The translations under genes and the position numbers were made by a program. Below are positions 1 through 9,529 of a stretch of DNA of 25,343 nt, in pieces (position 1 is the first letter of the stretch; every line of letters begins with the position of its first letter). Below the pieces are notes generated by a model. That model ran no database searches, was not told the DNA's origin, and saw nothing but the letters and a program-made list of their open reading frames with translations. Origin of the DNA: a virus (Duplodnaviria > Caudoviricetes); the IMG/VR virus record IMGVR_UViG_3300014613_000100, positions 1 to 25,343 of that record; one strand, 5' to 3'.

Positions 1-66
1 ACCCACTTTTTCATTTTATCAGATTGAAAAGTATATCTTCTTAGGTTTGTATTTATTAATTCTAGT

Positions 67-888
67 TTAGTCATTTATATTTAGTCTTGCACGGAGAGCA
101 TCTAACTGGTAGTCATAACAATGGAGCTTTAAGGAAGAAAAAGATAGAGCTCCAACTTCAATATCTAATTCATTTGCCATGTAAGATTGAAGAAGTATAA
201 TACCTCCCATATTCTCCGGAAATGCCGCATATAAATCCCATGAACGGAAAGTTACCGCGAAACATAATTTCCATATACCATAAACCTTTTTTATATGAGT
301 GTCTATACCTCTAAGGCATGGACTCGTTTCTCTTTTAGCCGGATCGGTATAAGGAACATCATATGCCATAGAGCTCTCAGGATATCCAATTTGGATATAA
401 CAATGGTTATTACCAAATCCTTTTTCTTTATAATGTTTTATACACCACTCAACTTGGCCCGGTACATTTATAATAGCTTTATTATTACTATCATTTCTCC
501 ATATTTCACGGTATATATTATTATCAACTTCACCTAAAAATTTTATATCACAAAACGGTAATTTATATTCTCCACCATTAATCCATGTAGCATATCTATA
601 ATGCTCTTTCTTTTCTAAATTTTGTCCATCCATTAAATAATTAATGAAATATTTTTCTATGGCATCATCTGTGGTCACAGGTGGAGTGTTAGGTGGGAAT
701 ATAGGCGCTAAAGGCCTTGTATTAGGATATTCAATAGTTCCCGCGGCAAAATCAAACTCCAATCTATTTGTACCTTCAAAACTTCCTGAATCTATATGGT
801 TTACTCGTCCATTATCATATATTTCTGATAACAATTGGAAATAAACATCGTCCAACGTCTTACCAGTTACAAAATAACTTTTTAACAT
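67..888 (-). CDS. thyA: Thymidylate synthase (ThyA family, short type)
   Basis: Catalytic SPCL, FRSWD..AAFPEN (Asn typical of dUMP specificity), LHCYD motifs; RBS GGAGG. Confidence 0.85.
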   Translation of the reverse strand: MLKSYFVTGKTLDDVYFQLLSEIYDNGRVNHIDSGSFEGTNRLEFDFAAGTIEYPNTRPLAPIFPPNTPPVTTDDAIEKYFINYLMDGQNLEKKEHYRYATWINGGEYKLPFCDIKFLGEVDNNIYREIWRNDSNNKAIINVPGQVEWCIKHYKEKGFGNNHCYIQIGYPESSMAYDVPYTDPAKRETSPCLRGIDTHIKKVYGIWKLCFAVTFRSWDLYAAFPENMGGIILLQSYMANELDIEVGALSFSSLKLHCYDYQLDALRARLNIND

Positions 889-898
889 TCATTCCTCC

Positions 899-935
899 AA
901 AAAAGAAAAGCCTGGAGAATATTCTCCAGGCTTTT
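899..935 (-). terminator. Palindromic hairpin with U-tract just upstream of thyA RBS
   Basis: Perfect 30-bp palindrome AAAAGCCTGGAGAAT/ATTCTCCAGGCTTTT (906-935) followed by T-run on - strand. Confidence 0.65.
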
Positions 936-943
936 TAATAAAT

Positions 944-1147
944 TTAACTCCAATAAACCACACATCTACCTTCACTATTAACTTTTTCAATAACATATTC
1001 ATCCTCTTCATATTCATCTTCATACACAGATATGGCATCTTTCATAGTACAAAACAATTCACATGATGCATAACCATAAGGTAAAAACCACTCTTTCTCA
1101 AATTCTTCTCTTTCTTTTAAATTAATAATAGCATAAACAGATTTCAT
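944..1147 (-). CDS. Hypothetical acidic protein
   Basis: 67-aa ORF with RBS GGGAGA. Confidence 0.6.
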   Translation of the reverse strand: MKSVYAIINLKEREEFEKEWFLPYGYASCELFCTMKDAISVYEDEYEEDEYVIEKVNSEGRCVVYWS

Positions 1148-1313
1148 TTTACTTCTCCCTTTTATTAACCATTTTTAATTTCTACATAATGTTTAATTTT
1201 ATGCCTTTTTATATATTTTCCTTTAAATAAAACTATAACAGTTTTGGAATTATTTTTTATAAGTTCGGTATTTTCAATATTATTTCCAATATAACACAAA
1301 CATGTTTTTTCCA

Positions 1314-2240
1314 TTAGTATAACTCCATTAACCTTTTTTCAACCACAGTAAAATCCTCTAAAAATCCTCTCAAATGGTATTTCTTAAAAAATTGATGTAT
1401 ATTTTGTGGTGGAGGAAAATTATAATTTTCATGTTGATCCAATATACGATTCTTTATGGTATTAGGTATATAATTAAAATCTATAAGTATTCTGTTTCTT
1501 TTGAAATTTTCACCACAATCGGTAATAATATCACCAACTTTAAAGGATGAATTGTCTTCTAACCATTTTTTATAGCCACCTTTCATTATTTTCTCGGCAG
1601 TCTTTTTACCAAGACCTGGTTTTCTTTTACCTTCAGTTAATGGTGTTTGTCCCCAGGTATTAGGTGTTTTTACATTAAAAACATCATCTTTAGCTTGTCC
1701 CGTTAAGCATTTCTCTATCAAAAAATCCTCTGGGTTTTCACATTCAACCAATTCCCGTTTAGATGGATTCCAAATTTTTACCCTATTGGAACACGATTGT
1801 AAATAATCCTCATCATTTGAAGATATGATACAATCTCCTTTTAGACCTAAAGCTAAAGTTCCTATAATATCATCGGCCTCAGCCGACCTAACTTTCATAA
1901 CCTTAAATGGCATATGGTGTTTTATTTCTTTAGTATATTCTACCATTGTGGTAAATAATAAATCCCAATCTACCTCTTTTTGGTTATCCCTTCTTTTTTT
2001 TCTTGATTCCTTATATCTACTAAAATAAGATTTTCTCCAACTATTCTTATCATCAATAGCTATAACAACACCATTCACATTTTTAAACTTTCTAAGTAAA
2101 TCAAAAACAGATTCATATACTATATATCTCCATAAAGGTAAATCAGGGTTTATAGTATAAGCACCAACTTCTTTGGCAAAAAAAGCTCTAAAAGCTAAAT
2201 TATTAAAATCCACCAATAACGTACAATCAATATCAAACAT
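1314..2240 (-). CDS. rnh: T4 RNase H-like 5'-3' exonuclease (FEN/PIN fold)
   Basis: LLVDFNNL, SWRK...YKESR, EADDIIG, SSNDEDYLQ, GLGKKTA (H3TH), RNRILIDF motifs. Confidence 0.88.
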   Translation of the reverse strand: MFDIDCTLLVDFNNLAFRAFFAKEVGAYTINPDLPLWRYIVYESVFDLLRKFKNVNGVVIAIDDKNSWRKSYFSRYKESRKKRRDNQKEVDWDLLFTTMVEYTKEIKHHMPFKVMKVRSAEADDIIGTLALGLKGDCIISSNDEDYLQSCSNRVKIWNPSKRELVECENPEDFLIEKCLTGQAKDDVFNVKTPNTWGQTPLTEGKRKPGLGKKTAEKIMKGGYKKWLEDNSSFKVGDIITDCGENFKRNRILIDFNYIPNTIKNRILDQHENYNFPPPQNIHQFFKKYHLRGFLEDFTVVEKRLMELY

Positions 2241-2266
2241 ATTATTTCCTTTCTAATTTTTATATA

Positions 2267-2295
2267 ATTATATCACATTATCTATACCTTGTAAA
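2267..2295 (-). promoter_or_regulatory. Sigma70-type promoter TTTACA-N17-TATAAT
   Basis: Exact hexamers with 17-nt spacer upstream of rnh; motif recurs through the window. Confidence 0.7.
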
Positions 2296-2324
2296 TCTCT
2301 TTTCTTTGCAATATGTTCTACCAT

Positions 2325-2486
2325 TTATATCACCTTTAAAAATGGCTCTCCACACTCCTTACATTTATCTTTATATATAAAATATGAGGATCCCATCCTA
2401 CCACTTTTACAAATGTATGATTTATACCATTTACCAACACTTTTATGATATTTTAGATTTTCTATATTATCCCAACAGATTTTCAC
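2325..2486 (-). pseudogene. Short ORF MKICWDNIE...CKECGEPFL, probably a truncated N-terminus of an HNH-type endonuclease
   Basis: GTG start overlaps upstream TGA; 53 aa with CxxC; family resemblance from memory only. Confidence 0.35.
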
Positions 2487-2785
2487 TTTATTATTCTTAC
2501 AAAATCATCGTCGGTGTTTCTTATAAAAAATTTCTTATTGTATTTCGTAGCTTTCATATATTCAGCGGCGGATGTACCTTGTTTAAACCTTAACCGTTTT
2601 CTTCCATAGCTCATATTCTGGTTAAATTCATCCTTGGATACATTAAACACAGGAATACCATTTTTTTCACCATCGGCAAATACATTATCCACATCTGTTT
2701 TTATCTTACCAAGATCAACTGTTGCTGTATGATCCGTCGCTATATCTTTTTGAGGACTTCCTCCCCCTCCAGAAATCTCACCCAC
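2483..2785 (-). CDS. Hypothetical protein
   Basis: 100-aa ORF overlapping the end of the upstream gene. Confidence 0.7.
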   Translation of the reverse strand: MGEISGGGGSPQKDIATDHTATVDLGKIKTDVDNVFADGEKNGIPVFNVSKDEFNQNMSYGRKRLRFKQGTSAAEYMKATKYNKKFFIRNTDDDFVRIIK

Positions 2786-3185
2786 TTTTAATTTCCTCCT
2801 TTATATATTCATTGAGTAGATCCATTTCACTTTTACTAACTTTACCTGCTCCTAACAGTTTTTTTATTATTTTAGTTATTATTGTACCTTTCTTCTTTTT
2901 CACTTCTATTTCTTTTTCACTTGGTGAAATATTTATAACAGAAATTGAATTTGTTGTCATATCAAAAATATCTTTTATTCTTTTATATTTCACCCTTTGA
3001 TTAGCATCCATATTTAAGTAATATTTCATAAGGATAGGTTTCATACCCTTTAATTCCATTACTTCCATCAATTCATTGAAAGATTTATTACCTGGTATAA
3101 TTTCATCTGTATGTAATATTTTATCAAAAAGGAAAGATACAACAATATCCGGAAACTCATTTGCTGTTATGTTTATTTTTGCCAT
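2778..3185 (-). CDS. Hypothetical protein
   Basis: 135-aa ORF, TAATG coupling with the resolvase. Confidence 0.7.
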   Translation of the reverse strand: MAKINITANEFPDIVVSFLFDKILHTDEIIPGNKSFNELMEVMELKGMKPILMKYYLNMDANQRVKYKRIKDIFDMTTNSISVINISPSEKEIEVKKKKGTIITKIIKKLLGAGKVSKSEMDLLNEYIKEEIKSG

Positions 3186-3736
3186 TATTTTAATTCCTTT
3201 ATATTTTCCGGTGTCACTCTATCAAAAAATTCATTCATTTCAAAAAACCAAATATCTTCTAATTTTTCCATACCCCATCCTATATGAATAAACCTTAATC
3301 CTTTAAAATGTGGGTTTAGCTTTGAGTATATTTCAGTATCTATACCAATCCAAGGTGTAGGTAATCCTTTCTTTTTATATATAAGCATTTGTTTTTTATT
3401 AGATTTTTCGGCATCATTGGACACTTGAACCCAAAAACTTTTCAATGGATCAGATATATTATATTTGAAATGTTTATCAAATGATGTGGATTTATAACCA
3501 GATTTACATTCAATACAGAATTTGTTACAAAAATCCTCGGATAGTGGTGAAATTGATCTTATATCACCCGATAAATTTTCAGCGTTTTCTTGTGATATAG
3601 TGGCAATTCCTCCACTAGCAGGTTGTCGCCAAAACAAATAAGGGTTTTCTGTTCCTTGTATCCATTTAGATAGAAATTTACATACCTTCCTTTCCCATTC
3701 CGAACCTTTTCCTTTCCCACTCATATTGTTCTCCAT
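3185..3736 (-). CDS. Holliday junction resolvase-like nuclease (Hjc / PD-(D/E)xK)
   Basis: KGKGSEWER...R.PASGG...GDI...IECKS motif. Confidence 0.8.
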   Translation of the reverse strand: MENNMSGKGKGSEWERKVCKFLSKWIQGTENPYLFWRQPASGGIATISQENAENLSGDIRSISPLSEDFCNKFCIECKSGYKSTSFDKHFKYNISDPLKSFWVQVSNDAEKSNKKQMLIYKKKGLPTPWIGIDTEIYSKLNPHFKGLRFIHIGWGMEKLEDIWFFEMNEFFDRVTPENIKELK

Positions 3737-3787
3737 TAAAAAAAACCAACTCTATATACTTATATTATTTTAATCTAATATAAGTAT

Positions 3788-3973
3788 TTATGCCTCTTCC
3801 ACCTGTAATTCATATATCTCTCCTAAATCTATTTCTTTAGAACATTGGTAACAAATTGAAGGATAACCGGCGTCTTCCCATGCCATCTTTTCAGCTTCCT
3901 CGGCCGTTTCGGCATCATATTCACCTATACATGTTGATGCTGTTATAATTCCATAAACTCTAAATTTTTTCAT
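3788..3973 (-). CDS. Hypothetical protein (start reassigned to MKKFRVYG)
   Basis: Strong RBS GGAGGAGGAG before ATG 3973; longer ORF start overlaps promoter/terminator. Confidence 0.7.
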   Translation of the reverse strand: MKKFRVYGIITASTCIGEYDAETAEEAEKMAWEDAGYPSICYQCSKEIDLGEIYELQVEEA

Positions 3974-3994
3974 AACTTCTCCTCCTCCTCTATT

Positions 3995-4023
3995 ATAATA
4001 CCATATTTCCATAAAAATGTAAA
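3995..4023 (-). promoter_or_regulatory. Promoter TTTACA-N17-TATTAT
   Basis: Window promoter motif directly after the terminator. Confidence 0.55.
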
Positions 4024-4025
4024 CC

Positions 4026-4066
4026 AAAAAAAATGCCATACCGTTTAATTACGGTATGGCATTTTT
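4026..4066 (-). terminator. Intrinsic terminator closing the Ubl operon
   Basis: TGCCATACCG/CGGTATGGCA stem followed by T8 on - strand. Confidence 0.85.
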
Positions 4067-4175
4067 CTCTAACCCAATACTTTTATAATATTCTATTCTA
4101 TTCAGGTATTATGTTTTTTGAGTTGTATATCCCGCCTGTTATACCGACCATACATTTATAAAAAACATACTCATA

Positions 4176-4973
4176 TTACATACTACTGATTTCCAACATT
4201 TCCAATTCACTTTGTAAACTCATTTCATCATCAAAATTTAATTCATCTACCTCATTTTTTTCTTCAATTGTAATAGGATTAACAATATGATTACCACCTA
4301 CCGTTCGTATATTTCCAGGGTAATTATTACTAACCCATTCGTTATTATCAAATTTCTTAATAGAATATAAAGGTGTAGTATAAATTTGTTTCTTTATATT
4401 ATCCTTTATTACCTTATCAAATTTATCTTTTTCTAAAATAACACCCATTTTTAATTTAGAAATGGCTTTTATAAACTTTAATCCTCCGCAAGGAGTTTTC
4501 CACCTAACATGCCCCTTAATATCGTCCTTAGATACACACATTGATATACCATGATTTTGATTAATCCATTCATCATCTGTTACTGAAAAAGTCGACCCCA
4601 TATTATGATGAGAATGTATTACACCAATTACAGATAATTCATTATATTCAGGACATTCAACATTATTCACACTAGTAGATGTTACCTTTTGTGAAGGGAT
4701 CCAAATATTAGTAACCGTATATGTCTCTTTATCTCCTATTAAATACCCTAACCACTCTATATTACCCATAACCTCCATAAGTCTATCAATCTTTAATTTA
4801 ACTATAGGTGAAAACCAAACAATTATTTCAGAAGGAGCTTTACCACACTCAGTCATAGTTTCAATTTTAGCCTCCCACGACTTTTTTACAAAAGGAACAA
4901 CATTTTTAATAACAGTGTCCATAACATTATCCTTTACCTTTCCTTTATTTTTCCATTTTCTTCTTCTACTCAT
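4176..4973 (-). CDS. JAB/MPN (JAMM) metallopeptidase, prokaryotic deubiquitinase-like
   Basis: EWLGYL...IPSQKVT...GVIHSHHNMGSTFSVTDD = E...HxH...S..D JAMM motif. Confidence 0.85.
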   Translation of the reverse strand: MSRRRKWKNKGKVKDNVMDTVIKNVVPFVKKSWEAKIETMTECGKAPSEIIVWFSPIVKLKIDRLMEVMGNIEWLGYLIGDKETYTVTNIWIPSQKVTSTSVNNVECPEYNELSVIGVIHSHHNMGSTFSVTDDEWINQNHGISMCVSKDDIKGHVRWKTPCGGLKFIKAISKLKMGVILEKDKFDKVIKDNIKKQIYTTPLYSIKKFDNNEWVSNNYPGNIRTVGGNHIVNPITIEEKNEVDELNFDDEMSLQSELEMLEISSM

Positions 4974-5020
4974 ATTATCTTCCTTTTATCAATACAGTTT
5001 TTATCTCCCCTTTCTATTTA

Positions 5021-5614
5021 TTATATATATAACCTTTCTATATTGCAGCCCATTTCCTTATCTGTATATTTCATTATTTTAGCAACTACCATAGAAGCCA
5101 CTATCACTGCCGGGGATACCCATGATGGCGTAATAGTATATCCATCCGGAGCTTTGCCCCATGTAGCCACAGAATCACTTATGGATACCCGAGTTCCATC
5201 ATAACCAGCCTTAACATATTTTATTCCATTATTCCTTGCTATTTTTTGATTTTTCATTTGTGTTTCTAATATATCCGTACAATCTAATAACCAATCACTA
5301 TCATTTATAAACAATATGTGGTTTTCTGAAAATTCATAAGGAAATGTCTCTATATCACAATCAGGCCTTAGATTTTCAACTATAAGTTTCAAAATATCGG
5401 CTTTATTTTTACCTATAAACTTCAAATAAGGTAAATCAATTCTATTAAAATTATGCTTTTCCATAATGTCATGATCAAAAGCATAAATTTTCTCAATACC
5501 AGACATTGCTAAAAATTTACCTACCCAATATCCAATTCCACCACAACCTATAATTGTAACCGTTTGTTTTGTATTTAAATTTAAAGTTTCCTGTCTCATG
5601 TATAAATCATTCAT
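5021..5614 (-). CDS. ThiF/E1-like adenylating enzyme (minimal)
   Basis: YMRQ, IIGCGGIG, DHDIMEKHNFNR, IGKNKA, LLDCTD motifs; start moved to MNDLY just after the upstream stop. Confidence 0.9.
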   Translation of the reverse strand: MNDLYMRQETLNLNTKQTVTIIGCGGIGYWVGKFLAMSGIEKIYAFDHDIMEKHNFNRIDLPYLKFIGKNKADILKLIVENLRPDCDIETFPYEFSENHILFINDSDWLLDCTDILETQMKNQKIARNNGIKYVKAGYDGTRVSISDSVATWGKAPDGYTITPSWVSPAVIVASMVVAKIMKYTDKEMGCNIERLYI

Positions 5615-5615
5615 T

Positions 5616-6476
5616 TTATGATCCCCACACATTCATATCGTTTTGTCTTACATTTTCTGTTATACCAACACGTGAAGAATCCATTGATAATTTTTGATTA
5701 ATTTTTTTATCAACCAAATGTTTTATTAAAGTAGATTTTCTTGGAAGACCTCTTGGATTTTCCATTGCAATAGATTTTATATTTATATTCTCCAACACTG
5801 CTTCAGCTTTCCTTGCAATGGCTATTATATCACTAGGTGTACTCCATGTATTAGGGTATGTCCATTTACCCCAACAATCAGGATTATGTTGATGGTAATG
5901 TTGAAAATACTCTAATCCTATTATTTTATGTGTAGATACTTTTACCACTCTATATCCTTCAGTATCAATTCTAAAAATAATATTTGTCAACATCTTCTTT
6001 GACATTTTAGGATTAATATTTTTAAAATCTACAGTTTTTGGCCAATAAATACCTTGGACAAACCATGTATATGAACCATCTCCATGTTGACCTCTAACAA
6101 CAGATAAACCTTGAATGGCATGTTCTATATTAACCTCTGGCATTGAAATGATTGAAGCTATTTTTCTATCATAATCGGCTTTCTTTTTTTCATATGATAA
6201 CTTAAATGTTGATATTAATTGTGAAGTTTCTATACTTCTTTTATTAACTTCATCTCGAATAAATTTCATTTTAGAAACCAATTTCTCTCTAAATTCTTCT
6301 CTTATTTCGTCCTCTATTGATGATATTTCTTCTTGGACCAGATCCATTTTTATTATCTTATTACCAATCCTCATTGATATTCCATTTGTTTTTATAGAGT
6401 CAACAATTTTTTCATCCACCAATCCTAATATTTCTTCTTTTTTCTTATCCATATTTTTTAATATATCTTCCATCAT
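5616..6476 (-). CDS. Coiled-coil plus putative prokaryotic E2-like domain
   Basis: Charged helical N-half; C-half FQHYH....DCWG resembles E2 HPN/HPH...C.G; lies between Ubl and E1. Confidence 0.55.
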   Translation of the reverse strand: MMEDILKNMDKKKEEILGLVDEKIVDSIKTNGISMRIGNKIIKMDLVQEEISSIEDEIREEFREKLVSKMKFIRDEVNKRSIETSQLISTFKLSYEKKKADYDRKIASIISMPEVNIEHAIQGLSVVRGQHGDGSYTWFVQGIYWPKTVDFKNINPKMSKKMLTNIIFRIDTEGYRVVKVSTHKIIGLEYFQHYHQHNPDCWGKWTYPNTWSTPSDIIAIARKAEAVLENINIKSIAMENPRGLPRKSTLIKHLVDKKINQKLSMDSSRVGITENVRQNDMNVWGS

Positions 6477-6559
6477 GGGCTTTAAATTCCTTTATAATGA
6501 TGATGGGTTCCCTTATTATTTTATAAGAGAACCCATAATTATTATCTACCGATTTATAT

Positions 6560-6832
6560 TTAGATTCCCGCCACTTCAAATGGACGTAATTCAATTCTAC
6601 TACCTTCGCTAATAATATCAGGCGCATCATTTGGTAGAACTTCATTTCCATCTAAAAACAATCTAAATTTACCAAGACCTGCATCCTCTGCCACTTTCAC
6701 AACGGTTTCAGTAAAAGATGTGTTTGGTTGTACCTCCACATCACTACCATTTACACGAATAAATGTATTAAGATCTGACGGCATACTTACAACATCGGAT
6801 CTTCCTGTATCTCCATCCCAATATCCAGTCAT
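6560..6832 (-). CDS. Ubiquitin-like beta-grasp protein
   Basis: FIRVNG / helix / FRLFLDG / ISEGSRIELRP pattern as in ThiS/MoaD/Ubl; ends VAG-I; RBS GGGAGG. Confidence 0.75.
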   Translation of the reverse strand: MTGYWDGDTGRSDVVSMPSDLNTFIRVNGSDVEVQPNTSFTETVVKVAEDAGLGKFRLFLDGNEVLPNDAPDIISEGSRIELRPFEVAGI

Positions 6833-6867
6833 TTTAAAATTTCCTCCCTTTTTATTTGTTTATTTTT

Positions 6868-6896
6868 ATTATACATCATATTAGTATAAAAGTAAA
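6868..6896 (-). promoter_or_regulatory. Promoter TTTACT-N17-TATAAT for the Ubl operon
   Basis: Hexamers at 6891-6896 and 6868-6873 with 17-nt spacer. Confidence 0.75.
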
Positions 6897-6898
6897 CT

Positions 6899-7630
6899 TT
6901 ATACTTCTCTACTCAAAAGATAATATAATTCATCTGAACTTTCATTTTGAACAGTAATCATTCCCATCTCTTGATCTGGTTTATATGCAAACTTCATTTT
7001 AAAATCATTATTATTACCGTTCACAACTGCCATCAAGTTTACAACATTTTTAAAATTAAATCTCATTGTTAGATCATTGAAATTAACATCCATTAAATCA
7101 AATTTTAAACCATTAGCGTATCTATTTGATTTATCTGTTATTTCAATAGAAAACATTTTATTTTCCACGTTGAAATAGATACTACCAAACCTTGCACCCA
7201 TTTTCTTTATTTTATCAAAATTTTCTTGAAATTCATCATCAATTACCATTTCAAGAAAATTATCAATAATTTGTGGTTGTGATGAAAACACACCAACCAC
7301 AGTAGGTGAACAAAAATGGATATTAGATTTCTGTCTGCCATTTTTTAATACCATTTTTTCATCTTTTAAAACCATATTAATTTCTTCATCATCAATAAGA
7401 TTAAGAAAAGGAATCAACTGTTGTGATGGATTTCCAAAATTCAATTCCATTTCACCACAATTTTTAAACACATTATTCTCCATATTTAAAAAAACAATAA
7501 CGTCCCTTTCATCATTTATCATCTGTGAAGTTATTCTGTCTTGATTAACCTTTAACTGGACAGAATTTATACTAAAGTTCATTGTCGCCTTTTTCAACAC
7601 AGTTTTAAAATTTTCTACGTTTATTTCCAT
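6899..7630 (-). CDS. Sliding clamp (T4 gp45/PCNA-like)
   Basis: 243 aa, two-repeat alpha/beta pattern, C-terminal YYLL strand, adjacent to clamp-loader genes. Confidence 0.65.
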   Translation of the reverse strand: MEINVENFKTVLKKATMNFSINSVQLKVNQDRITSQMINDERDVIVFLNMENNVFKNCGEMELNFGNPSQQLIPFLNLIDDEEINMVLKDEKMVLKNGRQKSNIHFCSPTVVGVFSSQPQIIDNFLEMVIDDEFQENFDKIKKMGARFGSIYFNVENKMFSIEITDKSNRYANGLKFDLMDVNFNDLTMRFNFKNVVNLMAVVNGNNNDFKMKFAYKPDQEMGMITVQNESSDELYYLLSREV

Positions 7631-7998
7631 TATTTCTCCTTATTAACTTTTATCATATGTGGTATTAACCTTTTACATTCATTTTTAGAGAGGTGCCTTT
7701 CTTTCATCATTCTTTCAATTATTTCACCTTTTTTCTTATCTTCTGGAGTCTTTTTTGTCCACTTTATATATCTTTTACCTTTTGGAACTTTATCAAAATA
7801 ATATTTATAAATTATATCATCTTTTAGGCTAAATTGTAAACGATTTATTTTATTAACAATATTAATCAATGACGAATCATGTGACAACCACCAGGATAAC
7901 ATATATGCCGATGCTATCTTCTTATCATAAGGATAAACGGTAGTTTTAAAATATATTTGATTTAGAAATGTAAATATTGTTATGGGTTTTACTACCAT
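7630..7998 (-). CDS. Clamp loader small subunit (gp62-like)
   Basis: FTFLNQI..K, YMLSWWLS, VPKGKRYIKWTK; synteny with gp44/gp45-like genes. Confidence 0.75.
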   Translation of the reverse strand: MVVKPITIFTFLNQIYFKTTVYPYDKKIASAYMLSWWLSHDSSLINIVNKINRLQFSLKDDIIYKYYFDKVPKGKRYIKWTKKTPEDKKKGEIIERMMKERHLSKNECKRLIPHMIKVNKEK

Positions 7999-8405
7999 GG
8001 TCCCTCCTTACCTGTTAAATTATCATATTGGTTAGCGGCAGCAACTATTCCTATTTTATTTTTTAAAAAAGATTTATATAAGAATGGTTCCATATTATTC
8101 ATATCATTAAAATATAATAACATTTTATCAATAACATTTTTATAATCCCAAATATCAAAATCCCTTGGCAAAATATCATCCATATCTCTAACCAAATGTA
8201 TTTTAACAGCCTCACTTGCGGTTTTTCCAAAAAGTTTTTTCGCACATTCTATTCCATATGAATTATGTCTAAATGATCTATGGTAATCTGAATATATTTT
8301 TATAGGAAAAATTCTAGCATAACAATCCAACCATATATGAATATTTTTGTATTCTTTACCTAATACATCCTTACAATCATCACAATGTTTATTTATTGTG
8401 GCCAT
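7992..8405 (-). CDS. Hypothetical His-rich protein (DUF6915-like)
   Basis: IHIWLD...HRSFRHNSYGI...HLVRD putative metal-binding pattern. Confidence 0.55.
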   Translation of the reverse strand: MATINKHCDDCKDVLGKEYKNIHIWLDCYARIFPIKIYSDYHRSFRHNSYGIECAKKLFGKTASEAVKIHLVRDMDDILPRDFDIWDYKNVIDKMLLYFNDMNNMEPFLYKSFLKNKIGIVAAANQYDNLTGKEGPW

Positions 8406-8626
8406 TTTTATACCTTTTAAATATTAATTATACCATAACTACCACTTGTTTTCCGTCTTTTAGAACTATCTATACATTCACCACAAAAATAACAATAAAC
8501 ATATAAAAATACCGCATCATAATATATAATATAATCTATAACTTCAAAACAATATGGACACCTATGTTCAAGTGGATTATTCATGGAAATTAACTAATAA
8601 TATCAAAACCATAATATATATGGACA

Positions 8627-9529
8627 TTATATTACTCCACTCTTAGCCATTTTCATTACCATATGCATAAAATTTATTTCTTTATTAGCAACATCATTAT
8701 GCCATCTTAAATGATCCGCAATTTCAATTATAGCTTCGCCTGGTGTTTTAAATGTACCAATATTTTCATATAGGAAAGCATATAATTCAGTATATGCTAT
8801 AAAATTACTTCTAAGGTTTTTTCTTAAACCTTCCATATCCATTGAAATAATTTGATTTAATATTTCTTGCCATACTTCCTCTGAAGTGGATATCATATCA
8901 CCTATAAGTTTACCTTTTATAGTGTTTTCCTGTAATGTCATAACCGTTTTTCTTATATCAGGATAACATTTTTTTATAATATTAGCAACCATTTTAGGTG
9001 AATATTTAACTTTTTCCGTATCAAGTATTTTTTTGACATATTTATAAATTTCAGCTCCTGGCGGAGAATCCAATTTTATCACCTGACATCTGGACTTCAA
9101 TTCAGGTATAATCAAATGTTCCTCATTAAACATAAAAATATATCTTGTTATTTTATGAGTGGTTTCTATAAGTTCTTTTAATATCTTTTGTGCACCTGAG
9201 GCTCCAGAAGACAAAGCACTGGCTTCATTAAAAATAACCAATTTCATTTCAGTTACACCAAGAGATGTGGCAAAATGTGTTACCTTATCTCTTATAACAT
9301 CAACTCCTGTTTCATCTGAAGCATTAATCCACATATAATCCATACCTGTTTCTTTTAGTAGAACATTCACAAATGTGCCTTTACCAACACCCGCAGTACC
9401 AAAAAGCATAAGATTAGGTACATCTTTTATTGCCTTTTCTAATTTTGGACGAATTTTTTCATTTAAAACCATTTCTTTAAAAGAATTTGGTATATATTTA
9501 TAAATCCATTGATTATTCGTTAATGTCAT
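8627..9529 (-). CDS. Clamp loader large subunit, AAA+ (gp44/RFC-like)
   Basis: W..KY.P, Walker A GTAGVGKGT, INASDE.G.D.IR, SRC, PDIRK; start moved to MTLTNNQ with RBS AGGAG. Confidence 0.92.
   Translation of the reverse strand: MTLTNNQWIYKYIPNSFKEMVLNEKIRPKLEKAIKDVPNLMLFGTAGVGKGTFVNVLLKETGMDYMWINASDETGVDVIRDKVTHFATSLGVTEMKLVIFNEASALSSGASGAQKILKELIETTHKITRYIFMFNEEHLIIPELKSRCQVIKLDSPPGAEIYKYVKKILDTEKVKYSPKMVANIIKKCYPDIRKTVMTLQENTIKGKLIGDMISTSEEVWQEILNQIISMDMEGLRKNLRSNFIAYTELYAFLYENIGTFKTPGEAIIEIADHLRWHNDVANKEINFMHMVMKMAKSGVI

Noticed and set aside
5021-6832. ThiF/ThiS thiamine or Moco sulfur relay
   Set aside because: No thiG/moaE/cysteine synthase partner; Ubl ends AG-I rather than GG; an E2-like gene intervenes
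8420-8626. Cys-rich micro-ORF fragments (also 1150-1313 and 12230-12420)
   Set aside because: Interrupted by stops or frameshifts; too weak to call beyond possible decayed genes
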